Positions 41,567 to 50,625 of a DNA stretch of 64,000 nucleotides are shown one piece after another. How positions within the stretch are numbered: position 1 is the stretch's first letter; each line of letters opens with the position of its first letter. The stretch comes from Polyangiaceae bacterium. GTDB lineage: Bacteria; Myxococcota_A; Polyangia; Polyangiales; Polyangiaceae. The translations under genes were made by a program, and so were the position numbers. The stretch covers positions 480,001 to 544,000 of the forward strand of contig JANRKO010000006.1 in the NCBI GenBank assembly GCA_033763455.1. Reading direction: 5' to 3'. The notes under the pieces were generated by a model. That model had not been told where the DNA came from. It made no database searches and was given only the letters and a program-made list of their open reading frames with translations.

Positions 41567-43114
41567 ATGGCACTCAACCCTACACCGCTCATTAACTTCG
41601 AAAGGAACTACCGCTTCCGCACCAAACATCAGAGCTTTGAGGGAACCGCGGCTCGCCTTTATACCGTTTGGAATCGCACCGCGAACGGAACTGAGCCAGC
41701 CCAAAAACGCTGGCGAGCGGGCCTGAATGCCTTGCGGCAGATCGTGCTAGATGCTGAAGCCGCGGGCGTGAGTGTGCGCGCGTATGGTGGCGCTTGGTCC
41801 CTTTCAGATGCCGCCTTTACCAAGGACTTCTTGGTCAACACCAAGCCTCTGAACTACCTATCCATTGGGCTTCGGCCAGCGCAGGTTTTGCCGGAAGAGG
41901 TCAAGAATGCTAAGCGCTACGTCTTTGCTCAGTGTGGCATTCACGTCATGGAGCTGCAGACGGCGTTGGAGGCCGCCAACCTCGCGTTACCTACGAGCGG
42001 AGCCAGCAACGGGCAAACGCTCGCCGGAGCGATTGCTACGGGCACACACGGGGCCGCGGTGCAGGTAGGGTCTATGCAGGATTTCGTGCGAGGGATCCAT
42101 CTCGTAGTGGAGGGGGGGCGGCACGTTTACTTGGAGCCGCGCTCGCGCCCCGTTGTTTCCGAAGCGTTCGTGGCCACGCTAGGGGCCGAAATGATTCGGG
42201 ACGACGAACTGTTTTGGGCAGCTTTGGTGAGCTTCGGAAGCTTTGGCTTGGTGCATGCTTTTCTCGTGGAGGCCGTGCCTTTGTACGAGCTTCAGAAGTT
42301 TCGCTTCCGCGTCGACCACTCCACGGCCATGGGCTATTTCGACCTCGATTTTGCGCGTATTGCGGCTGCGAATCAGCTGCCGCCAGCCAACCCCTACCAC
42401 TTCGAGATGGTCTTTGATCCCTACAGTGGGGGGGCCGGCAAACGGGGCGCCTACGTTACGGTGATGTATCAGCTGCCGCCTAAGCGTGGAGCTCCAGCCG
42501 CGGCTCCGGCGGCATCCAGTGGTGGCTGGGAACCTGGAGATGATGTGCTGCAAGTGCTCGGTGCACTCACGGATGCAACGTCGTTGCCGGTTCCGCTGCT
42601 GGTAAGCCGCTTGGTGGAGGGGCAATTGTCGCTGGTTCACGGCAGTCGAGCAACACCGGGTAAGACATTTAGTAGCACGAGCATTCGAGGTTCAGTGCTG
42701 AGCGCAGAGCTTGGTGTGGCGCTCAGCACTGCACAAGGGGCCGTGGAGGCTTTGATAGACGAGGCCAATCGGCAGTCGTTCGTTGGCTTGATAGCTACCC
42801 GCTTCGTCCGTTCCTCCCGGGCCACGCTGGCTTTTACCCGCTTTGAGCCCACCACCTGCACGATTGAACTTCCGGGCACAGGTGGGCAAAGCTCCCTGAA
42901 CTTTTTTGCAGCTGCATGGGCTCGGCTGGATCGTCAGTTCTTGCCGTTTACGCTGCACTTTGGGCAGTGTGGGGATTTCACGCGCGAGCGGGTGGTGCGT
43001 ATGCACCCAACAGGGGTTGAGCGCTGGCTCGCGGCGAGGCACAGGCTGCTTTCGTCTGCGGGCCTTCGAACCTTCTCCAACCCCTTCCTAGAACGTATCG
43101 GGCTTGCGGGGTAA
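41567..43114 (+). CDS. FAD-binding oxidoreductase (VAO / sugar-lactone oxidase-like)
   Basis: VRAYGGAWSLS, QTLAGAIATGTHG, SFGSFGLV, C-terminal HFG...FSNPFL. Confidence 0.85.
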   Translation: MALNPTPLINFERNYRFRTKHQSFEGTAARLYTVWNRTANGTEPAQKRWRAGLNALRQIVLDAEAAGVSVRAYGGAWSLSDAAFTKDFLVNTKPLNYLSIGLRPAQVLPEEVKNAKRYVFAQCGIHVMELQTALEAANLALPTSGASNGQTLAGAIATGTHGAAVQVGSMQDFVRGIHLVVEGGRHVYLEPRSRPVVSEAFVATLGAEMIRDDELFWAALVSFGSFGLVHAFLVEAVPLYELQKFRFRVDHSTAMGYFDLDFARIAAANQLPPANPYHFEMVFDPYSGGAGKRGAYVTVMYQLPPKRGAPAAAPAASSGGWEPGDDVLQVLGALTDATSLPVPLLVSRLVEGQLSLVHGSRATPGKTFSSTSIRGSVLSAELGVALSTAQGAVEALIDEANRQSFVGLIATRFVRSSRATLAFTRFEPTTCTIELPGTGGQSSLNFFAAAWARLDRQFLPFTLHFGQCGDFTRERVVRMHPTGVERWLAARHRLLSSAGLRTFSNPFLERIGLAG

Positions 43115-43146
43115 GTCGGAGCGAACCTATCAACTTCTGCCGAACC

Positions 43147-44559
43147 TCAGCGCTCCTCGACCTCGCGAAAATCTTCCAACCGCAGCCCGTAGCGCTCTGC
43201 CCAGCGGTGTATTTGCATTCGTGCCTTTCCAAGTTCTCGACCAACCGCGGCAACGTTGCCTTGGTGTTTGATGAGAAGCTCGCGCAATTCGCTCTCGTTC
43301 GGGCGATCGGGAGGCTCATGCAGGGGGCGCGGTTGGCTGCTACCGGGGCCGAGGCCTGATGCGAGCGTGCCGTATCCTTGCATCGCTTCGGTGATGGCTG
43401 GAGGGAGCTCGGCCTCGCTTAAGATGTCGCCCTCGGAGAGAGCAATCGCTCGTTTGATGCACGCTTCTAGCTCGCGCACGTTGTAGGGCCAATCGTAGTG
43501 AGTGAGAGCCGTCATGAAAGCGAAAGATGGCTGTTTTTGTGGTGCGCCGTGGCGTCTTAGGAATTCGCGAGTGAGTACGAAGAGATCTTCTTTGCGATCT
43601 CGAAGCGGCGGCAGGCTCACCTCGTATTCATTCAGGCGAGCGAAGAGATCTAGGCGAAAAATGCCGCGGGCCTGGAGCTCCGCCAAATCTCGGTGCGTGG
43701 CGCAGGCGATACGTACGTCGATAGGTTCGGGGGAAGTGGCTCCAACGGGCAGTACTTCACGGGCTTGCAGTACCCGCAATAGCTTGGTTTGCGCTTCTTG
43801 GGGCATGTCCCCGATTTCATCCAAAAAGAGCGTACCGCTCTCCGCCGCGCGAATGAGCCCGGGCTTATCGCGGTCAGCGCCTGAAAAAGCGCCCTTTCTA
43901 TAGCCAAAGAGTTCGCTTTCAATCAGGTTCTGGGGAATCGCAGCGCAGTTAACGGCAACGAAGCGCCCGCTGCGTCCGCTCTGTCGATGCAGCTCGCTGG
44001 CTACCACTTCTTTGCCCGTCCCACTCTCACCCAAGATCAAAACACTTAGGTTGGTGGGGGCTATTTTTTCAATTTCGGTAGCAATACGGTCCATTTGGAA
44101 GCCGCCCACAAGCAGGCTTGGGCTGTCTGCCAGGCGTGAGCAGCCTTTTGCCATGGAGCCATCCAGATTGTAGTGCGCGTAAAGCTCGGCGTCGTGCTCC
44201 ACGAACTTGAAGATGGCGTCGCCAATGCGCACTTCTTGGCGAGCTTCGAGATGTTCCCCGGATACGCGCACACCGTCGACGAGAACTCCATTTCGGCTTC
44301 CGCAATCAAGAATCGTCCAACTGCCACTAGCGGCGCGCACTTCGGCGTGTACGCGTGAAACCGCTGTTACCGAGAGCTGAATATCTGAAGCTGCATCTCG
44401 CCCAATGCGGACGTTGGGCTTGAAGAAGGGATAGGCGCCGGAAAGAGTCGTCACAGGCTCAGCGTAGAGCAGCACTAGGCCAGGGCGTGTGCCACGCCCC
44501 GCGCCTGGAGACCGTGGATCCCCAAATTCGTGCATCGCCCCGGTGCTCAGTTCGACCAT
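43147..44559 (-). CDS. FHA-domain sigma54-dependent enhancer-binding protein
   Basis: FHA (IGR...VSRVHA...SRNG), GESGTGKE, GAFSGA, LFLDEIG, WPYNVREL, HTH. Confidence 0.93.
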   Translation of the reverse strand: MVELSTGAMHEFGDPRSPGAGRGTRPGLVLLYAEPVTTLSGAYPFFKPNVRIGRDAASDIQLSVTAVSRVHAEVRAASGSWTILDCGSRNGVLVDGVRVSGEHLEARQEVRIGDAIFKFVEHDAELYAHYNLDGSMAKGCSRLADSPSLLVGGFQMDRIATEIEKIAPTNLSVLILGESGTGKEVVASELHRQSGRSGRFVAVNCAAIPQNLIESELFGYRKGAFSGADRDKPGLIRAAESGTLFLDEIGDMPQEAQTKLLRVLQAREVLPVGATSPEPIDVRIACATHRDLAELQARGIFRLDLFARLNEYEVSLPPLRDRKEDLFVLTREFLRRHGAPQKQPSFAFMTALTHYDWPYNVRELEACIKRAIALSEGDILSEAELPPAITEAMQGYGTLASGLGPGSSQPRPLHEPPDRPNESELRELLIKHQGNVAAVGRELGKARMQIHRWAERYGLRLEDFREVEER

Positions 44560-44743
44560 GCTGACGCGAAGGCTAGCGCGGACTACTCGAAGTGGGCCAG
44601 TCCACGCGCCACGTAAGGCACTGCGTGGCGTCCAACCCAGCGCTTACAATGTTTGTCAAAGTCCGCCTTTTTGGCCTCCTGCTAATCGGAAAAAGGTACT
44701 TGTCATGCTAAGTACCTCCTGCGCGCGGAAATCGTGGGCCCCG

Positions 44744-44954
44744 CGAGGTGGGAGGCCTGTCGAATCGCTAGCGTCGCGCCACGAGGTGGGAGGCCTGTCG
44801 AATCGCTAGCGTCGCGTCACGAGGTGGGAGGCCTGTCGAATCGCTAGCGTCGCGTCACGGGGTGGGGTGCCTGTCGAATCGCTAGCGTCGCGTCACGAGG
44901 TGGGTGCCTGTCGAATGCTAGCGTTGCGTCACGAGGTGGGACGCCTGTCGAATC
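44744..44954. repeat. Intergenic 38-bp tandem repeat, about 5.6 copies, no spacers
   Basis: Unit CGAGGTGGGAGGCCTGTCGAATCGCTAGCGTCGCGTCA starting at 44744, 44782, 44820, 44858, 44896 and 44932 (partial). Confidence 0.95.
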
Positions 44955-45049
44955 ACGAGGGTCAAATCGCGTACGTCGAATCGCGTGCGTCGTTTCGAAC
45001 ACTGAGGTGCACGGATCAGGGCTCCACGCTGGCTGAGGGCAAGGAGGGC

Positions 45050-46045
45050 TCAGAGATGGCGCTTGGCGATCTCAGTCCAAGTGCCGCTCGGCTCAAGGGC
45101 GATGTAATCTTTCCAGAACGGGCGCGCCTTGGCCGAATCCCCCACCTGCTCATAGGCCATCGCTAGATTGAAGTACGCGTCTGCGAACTTCGGATCGGAT
45201 TCGATAGCGCCGTGAAAGAGGGGGATGGCTTGATCAGGGTGGCCGCGCTCGAGCATCACGTACCCGAGGTTGTATTGGGCCTCAGGCTGCTTTGGATCGA
45301 TCTCCAAGCCTTGTAGGTAGAGCCGCTCAGCGCCCTCTGCATCGTGCCGGCGGAACCGAATATTGCCGAGATTGGTGTATGCAATGCCGAGCCATGGATC
45401 GAGCTCCACCGCTTCGGCGTAGAGCCTTTCGGCCTCATCCATAGTAAGGGGATTTTCGTCCAGCTGGCTCGCGCGCAGGTAGAGCTCATAAGCGGTGCGG
45501 GAGCGCTCTTTACCGGCAGAGGGCCGGAGCACTCGTACCACGTCATCCCGCAGCGTTTTCACCTCGAGATCGAGAAGCATTTGACCCGTGAGCGGTTCGA
45601 AGGTGCCATCTTGGCTTCGCACCACTACGCGCTGGCCGTCGGAAACAATGCGCAATTCCTGAAGGGGGCGCGTTACTTTCGGGAGTGTGCGCCTGAGCGC
45701 GTGCACGGCCCGGGTTACATCCCGTAAGCGAACGCTTTGATCGAGCAGCGCCTGAGCAGTGCGGAGGGCAATGAGATCCGAAAACGTGTAGGCACGGCGG
45801 CCCTTACGCCGGCCGTTAGGGGAGGCAACGCCTGAACGATCGAGCGTGCGGAGACGAGCGGGGCTCACGCCGAGCAGACGAGAGACTTCGCCCAGCGAAA
45901 ATAGATCCGTGAGTGGCTCCCGCCCCGCCCCGGCCGGCCCTGTAACAGTATCGACCGCTGCTGCCTGAGTGGGTCGCACACGCCCGCCCTCAGGGCCGAA
46001 GACCACGTGAATGACTTTGTCGTCGCGCTGCTTTTTGCGACTCAT
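45050..46045 (-). CDS. MerR-type HTH plus TPR protein
   Basis: FSLGEVSRLLGVSPARLRTL...RRAYTFSDL; about 4 TPRs (AYTNLGN, AQYNLGY, AYFNLAM). Confidence 0.85.
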   Translation of the reverse strand: MSRKKQRDDKVIHVVFGPEGGRVRPTQAAAVDTVTGPAGAGREPLTDLFSLGEVSRLLGVSPARLRTLDRSGVASPNGRRKGRRAYTFSDLIALRTAQALLDQSVRLRDVTRAVHALRRTLPKVTRPLQELRIVSDGQRVVVRSQDGTFEPLTGQMLLDLEVKTLRDDVVRVLRPSAGKERSRTAYELYLRASQLDENPLTMDEAERLYAEAVELDPWLGIAYTNLGNIRFRRHDAEGAERLYLQGLEIDPKQPEAQYNLGYVMLERGHPDQAIPLFHGAIESDPKFADAYFNLAMAYEQVGDSAKARPFWKDYIALEPSGTWTEIAKRHL

Positions 46046-46356
46046 AGATCGACTGCTGCCCCTGCGTGAGAAAGTGAGCGGGCTAACCCTTCGCCTTCGG
46101 AACGCTGGATGTCAAGTGTGGATAACTGCATGGCCCGATTGGCAGGAACCTCGCGTGCGAGGCTACTCAAAGACCTGCAAGCCTAACAACCTTCGCCGCG
46201 CTTGCCCAGACGATCTTCAGAAAAAATCTCGCTTGACACCCCCTACGGCAGAGACTGTGTCAGCAAGGCGTGGCATCTCTCGCCGGTGGGGAAACACGGC
46301 CTCGGTTTGTTTCAAGAAAGTGCAGGCTCGGCTCAGGAAATACGATTCCAGATTAA

Positions 46357-46845
46357 CTATTTGGTCGCCGTAGCTTTGCGTGTTCTGTTGGGTGCAACGG
46401 TAGGTCTCACTTTTGCGAGCTTCTTCGCGTCAGCAAACACTTTGGCGTGCACCTCTACGTCTATACACGCACCGCGCGCGTGGGCACGAACCTTGAACTC
46501 GGAGTGCACTCGACCGATGTCTGCGGCTGCACGCAGTTGTGCCTCCAGGCACGCGATGCGAATTGCGCGGAGCCTTACGTGAGGGTCGTGCGAAAGTGCG
46601 CGGAGCAATTCGTCCTTCTTCGTTCGTTCCTTCGGCGCAACTGTGAGCACGATGCTCGTGGTTCCGTAGTAAACGGCGCCGTCCGCATCAGCGCGGGTTG
46701 CTCCTTCGCTCATCACATCCGATTTTTCGAACAGCTGTCGCCAGCGGTAGTCGCTACTTTGCCAAAGCTCGACCACCCGACGCTGAATAATCGGTTGTTC
46801 TCGCGTTTTTACGATGCCGGGTCGGGGCCCGCGCGGCTGAGCCAT
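46357..46845 (-). CDS. Hypothetical protein
   Basis: 162-aa ATG ORF, plausible composition, TATGCT 8 nt upstream. Confidence 0.6.
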   Translation of the reverse strand: MAQPRGPRPGIVKTREQPIIQRRVVELWQSSDYRWRQLFEKSDVMSEGATRADADGAVYYGTTSIVLTVAPKERTKKDELLRALSHDPHVRLRAIRIACLEAQLRAAADIGRVHSEFKVRAHARGACIDVEVHAKVFADAKKLAKVRPTVAPNRTRKATATK

Positions 46846-46963
46846 GCTGGACGAGCATAGCGCTCAGAGATCGATCAGGCGAAGTTCGTGGCTAGTGGCA
46901 AATCCCGGCATTTGCCAAATTTTGGACAAGATTGAGCCAGAACTGAAACACTAGCCGCTCCCT

Positions 46964-47302
46964 ATGCACACGAAGAGCTATGCTGGTCCGGAACGCCGTC
47001 GCCACCTCACGTATTTGACGCGTAACACTGAATACCACCTTCGGGACGGGATCTGCGTCGCAGTAAGGAATCGTCGCAACAATCACTGGCTATTGCAGCA
47101 CAAGGCCCTGAGTCAGAAGCTGGCCGGGGGCGTACGTTTTCACCCGGATGGCGTTGCTATTCCCGTCGATGGGGGCCCCCAGATCGGCGAGGCCTTGTAT
47201 TTTGAGGAGGCTGGAAGGGGCCTGGTTACAAGCCTGGTGTGTGCGATGGAGCGACCCACCAAACAGGTGGTGTCCCAATACGCCGCTGTGGGCGTGGGTT
47301 GA
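46964..47302 (+). CDS. Hypothetical protein
   Basis: 112 aa; GPERRRH...TRNTEYHLRDGICVAVR; divergent from 46845. Confidence 0.65.
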   Translation: MHTKSYAGPERRRHLTYLTRNTEYHLRDGICVAVRNRRNNHWLLQHKALSQKLAGGVRFHPDGVAIPVDGGPQIGEALYFEEAGRGLVTSLVCAMERPTKQVVSQYAAVGVG

Positions 47303-47581
47303 CGCTGAGCCGCTTGCAAGGGCGGAATCGGGGACGTTGAGCCGCTTTCCGAAGGCGAGTACGAAACATGTTGAACCACTTGACGCCCTGCGTTGCGTGA
47401 CAAGGGTTCGCAGTGCGAAGGCAGGTGCGCAACTCAATACCGCACGAATGGCGCCACACGCGAAGTGGCGTACACACAGGTTTCTGGGCGATTCGGCTAA
47501 CTTGTACGAACACAAAAGAACTCGTACGCTAGCGGCCGTTTTTGATTATCATCTACGTTGAAGGGTAGGAATGGGAGTCAC

Positions 47582-47764
47582 ATGGCTGAACTTCAAGCAA
47601 TGATTCAAGGCACTACTGACCCACGCGCGGTTCACATCCTTGCGAAGAATATCTACCGCGAGTTCCGCGGAAGCGGCTTTACCGAGCGTGATGTGATGGC
47701 ACTTGCAGGCGAGCTGCTCGCCCTCGTCACGTCTGACGTGCGCGACCGTCGCGACGGAAGCTAG
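47582..47764 (+). CDS. Small helical protein
   Basis: GGGAG RBS; ILAKNIYREFRGSGFTERDVMALAGELLALVT amphipathic helices. Confidence 0.7.
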   Translation: MAELQAMIQGTTDPRAVHILAKNIYREFRGSGFTERDVMALAGELLALVTSDVRDRRDGS

Positions 47765-47988
47765 GCCAAAGTAGGGGGCGAGGTGCGGGGCCCGGGGGCG
47801 GGGGGCGGCAAAGGGGCCGTAGGATAATTTCCGCTGGTGCTTAAACTCGGCGCGAGCAGGGCAAGAAACGGGGCCGTTAGCGTCGGGAAAGTTACCGGGC
47901 GGGGCCAAAGGTGCGTTAAGTCATCTTCCCGGTGGCCGCATTTGACAAGCTCCACCCACGTTCGAAACACTGGTGGTAACAGGCACGC

Positions 47989-49884
47989 GTGGCATCCCCG
48001 AGCTCTCAGAATAAGGGACCCGTTTTCGCAGTCTTCGTCAGCGAGAAGGGCGGAGCTGAACGCCGCGAGGTGTATGAGGCCACAGAGCTCAGCCTCGGTC
48101 GAGTTCAGGGGAACGACATCACCTTGCCGAAAGGCAACGTGTCGAAGCGGCACGCACGGCTTCTCTATAGAGACGCTCGTTTCATCGTGACCGATCTCAA
48201 CAGCACCAACGGAACCTACGTGAACCGTCGGCGCATCTCTCACGCCACCATCGTGCGGGAGGGGGACCGGATCTACATCGGTGACTACGTTTTAAGGATC
48301 GAGCTTACGGACGAGTCCGAACGCTCCTCGGCGCGGCACGTGGTGGGGGGTGCAGTCGCAAGCCAAACCCCTTCTTCATCGCGATCCGAGTTGCGGTCCG
48401 AGGGAGCACTAGGGTCAGGACCGCTCGTATCGGCGCGCCCTACGCGAGACGCCCAGCATGAGGTGGCTGTTTCGCGGGTGCCTTTGGCACCGCGCCTTCC
48501 GAACATCGGCGGCCACACGGTGGCTTCGCGCCCCGAGCCGTCCGAGCCCAAGCCCGCTACTTCAAGCCAAGCTTTGCCTTCTCTGCCCGAACCTGCGGTG
48601 GAAGATCTGGCGACTCCAGAAATCCATCGCCAACGTCAGTTCTTGGCCAATTTGGTGGCTGAGGTGCTTCGCTCGGTGCCCGCGGCTGAACTTGAAGGGG
48701 AAGTGGCGCCAGAGGTTCGCGAGCGCGTGGGCCAAGTCGTTGATGCACGCCTCCAAGCCCTCAAGGAGGGTGAGTCGGGCCAGCCTTCGGGTTTGCCGAC
48801 GGACCAAGCCTTGCGCCTGGTTTCGGATGAACTTTTCGAGCTTGGCCCCATTGGCCCATTACTCGCGGATCCGCTCGTTACGGCTGTCACGGTGAGCCGC
48901 TTCGACCGTATCCACGTGGAGCGCGATAAGCGTTACGCGCCGTTGCCGCTGCCATTCACCTCGGAAGCCGCGCTCATGCGGGTGATTCGACGTCTGTGTT
49001 TGAGGGGCGGCCAAGCTTTAGCGAGCGGGCAGCCCTACGTGAGCCGTCAGCTTCCGGATGGCACGCGCCTTTCAGTAGTCCTGGGCGAAGTGTCGCCACA
49101 AGGTGCTGTTGTTATGTTGAAGCGGCGAAGGCCGCCGCACCGTTCCGTGGAAGAGCTGGTACGTCACGGTGTTGTCTCGCGCGCCATGGCGTTGTTCCTC
49201 CATCAGTGCCTGCAGGGGCGCGCCAACATCTTGATAGCTGGCTCTGACGACGAAGGCGTGGCCTCGCTCGTGAATGGCTTGTGTTCGATTTGCGACGATC
49301 CCTCGCTCTATGTCGTGGCGGATGGGGAAACATTCGGTCTGCCAAAAGAGCGCACCACATCCTTTGCCTCTGCCGAATTAGGCACGGGTGCCGCCCAGCT
49401 ATTCCGCACGTTGCGGCGGGGTGGGGCAGGCCGCTTCGTGGTCGATCTCGCGGACACGGATACCTGCGTGGCTTTGCTTTCCACCGCAGTGGAAGGAATG
49501 GACGGGGTCCTCGGGGCGGTGCGATCGCCAAGCTTGCGTCGGGCTCTTTCCCGGTTACCCGCGGTCATAATCTCTAAGAATCCCGGGCTAAGCGCGGGTG
49601 CCGCTCGTGAGTGGGTGCGCACCAGCTTCGATATTGGGTTGGAGGTGTGTCGCCTCGCCGACGGGCGTTATCGAGTATTACGCATCGCCGAGCTCGCCGG
49701 CACCACGGCCGAAGAGGTCTGGTTGCAAGACATCTTCACGTTTTCAATCGAGCGCACTGTCGCAGGGGGTGTGGTAGAGGGCAGCTTCTCCGCCTCAGGT
49801 ACAGTGCCCAAGATTGCGGCTGAGCTTGCAAGCCGCGGCATCGATATCGATCAGTCGGTGTTTTCGCGCCCCCCTTCACGTTAG
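47989..49884 (+). CDS. FHA domain fused to CpaF/TadA-like ATPase fold with degenerate motifs
   Basis: FHA LGR...VSKRHA...STNGTYVN; ELGPIGPLLADP, RQLPDGTRL, RVLRIAEL...LQDIF; Walker A position reads AGSDDEGVAS. Confidence 0.85.
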   Translation: MASPSSQNKGPVFAVFVSEKGGAERREVYEATELSLGRVQGNDITLPKGNVSKRHARLLYRDARFIVTDLNSTNGTYVNRRRISHATIVREGDRIYIGDYVLRIELTDESERSSARHVVGGAVASQTPSSSRSELRSEGALGSGPLVSARPTRDAQHEVAVSRVPLAPRLPNIGGHTVASRPEPSEPKPATSSQALPSLPEPAVEDLATPEIHRQRQFLANLVAEVLRSVPAAELEGEVAPEVRERVGQVVDARLQALKEGESGQPSGLPTDQALRLVSDELFELGPIGPLLADPLVTAVTVSRFDRIHVERDKRYAPLPLPFTSEAALMRVIRRLCLRGGQALASGQPYVSRQLPDGTRLSVVLGEVSPQGAVVMLKRRRPPHRSVEELVRHGVVSRAMALFLHQCLQGRANILIAGSDDEGVASLVNGLCSICDDPSLYVVADGETFGLPKERTTSFASAELGTGAAQLFRTLRRGGAGRFVVDLADTDTCVALLSTAVEGMDGVLGAVRSPSLRRALSRLPAVIISKNPGLSAGAAREWVRTSFDIGLEVCRLADGRYRVLRIAELAGTTAEEVWLQDIFTFSIERTVAGGVVEGSFSASGTVPKIAAELASRGIDIDQSVFSRPPSR

Positions 49885-49950
49885 CGCACAGGGGCCCCGC
49901 ACGCCGCCCCGCGCTGCACAGCCACTTTCACCCGAGAAAGGGCACGGGAA

Positions 49951-50472
49951 TTACTGATTGCTCGTCGCTTCTTCGCTGCGCGCACGGGCAAGCTTCTGGC
50001 CCATTTTTCGGCGCTGAAATGCATTGAGCTTGTCGATCATCAATACGCCGTTCAAATGATCGTTCTCGTGTTGCAGCGCTACGGCCATGAGCCCTTCGGC
50101 CTCAAGCTCAAAGGCCTTGCCCGAGATATCCCGCGCGCGCACTTTGATCGTTTCGGCGCGTTTAATATCTTCGGTTGCGCCAGGGAAGGAGAGGCAGCCC
50201 TCTTTGTAAACCTGCACCCCGTCGGCGTCAAAGAGCTCGGGGTTGATGAACACTTTAAGATCGCTCGGCTCGTCTTCACCCGCAATATCAATAATGAAGA
50301 TGCGCAGGTTTACGCCCACCTGAGTCGCCGCCAAGCCCACGCCCGGCGCGTCGTACATAGTCTCTGCCATGCTATCCACCAACGTGCGGATCTCGTCCGT
50401 AATTTCTCCCACGGGCTTTGCCACCTCGCGGAGGCGCGGGTCCGGATATTCGAGGATCTCCAAGATGGCCAT
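49951..50472 (-). CDS. def: Peptide deformylase
   Basis: GVGLAATQVG, EGCLSFP, QHENDHLNG. Confidence 0.97.
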   Translation of the reverse strand: MAILEILEYPDPRLREVAKPVGEITDEIRTLVDSMAETMYDAPGVGLAATQVGVNLRIFIIDIAGEDEPSDLKVFINPELFDADGVQVYKEGCLSFPGATEDIKRAETIKVRARDISGKAFELEAEGLMAVALQHENDHLNGVLMIDKLNAFQRRKMGQKLARARSEEATSNQ

Positions 50473-50625
50473 GACCCTCGGAAACCTAACATCGAGGGTG
50501 GGGAGTCGCAACGCGAGGATGAAAGTGCGGTTTTGTGGCGTAAAACGCGGGCGAATGGGGCAGCGGGGCGCTCAGTGCGAGGCTTTACAGGGTCATGCCG
50601 AGGGTTGTGTCGCAGGTTGCTTAGG

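Noticed and set aside
43870..43900. GAFSGA as an inactivating change in the FHA-bEBP
   Set aside because: Conservative Thr-to-Ser variant; insufficient to call loss of function
44744..44954. CRISPR array
   Set aside because: Units are head-to-tail with no unique spacers and no cas genes in the window
46046..46356. Replication origin or ncRNA
   Set aside because: Only one DnaA box, no AT-rich unwinding repeats, no recognisable RNA family
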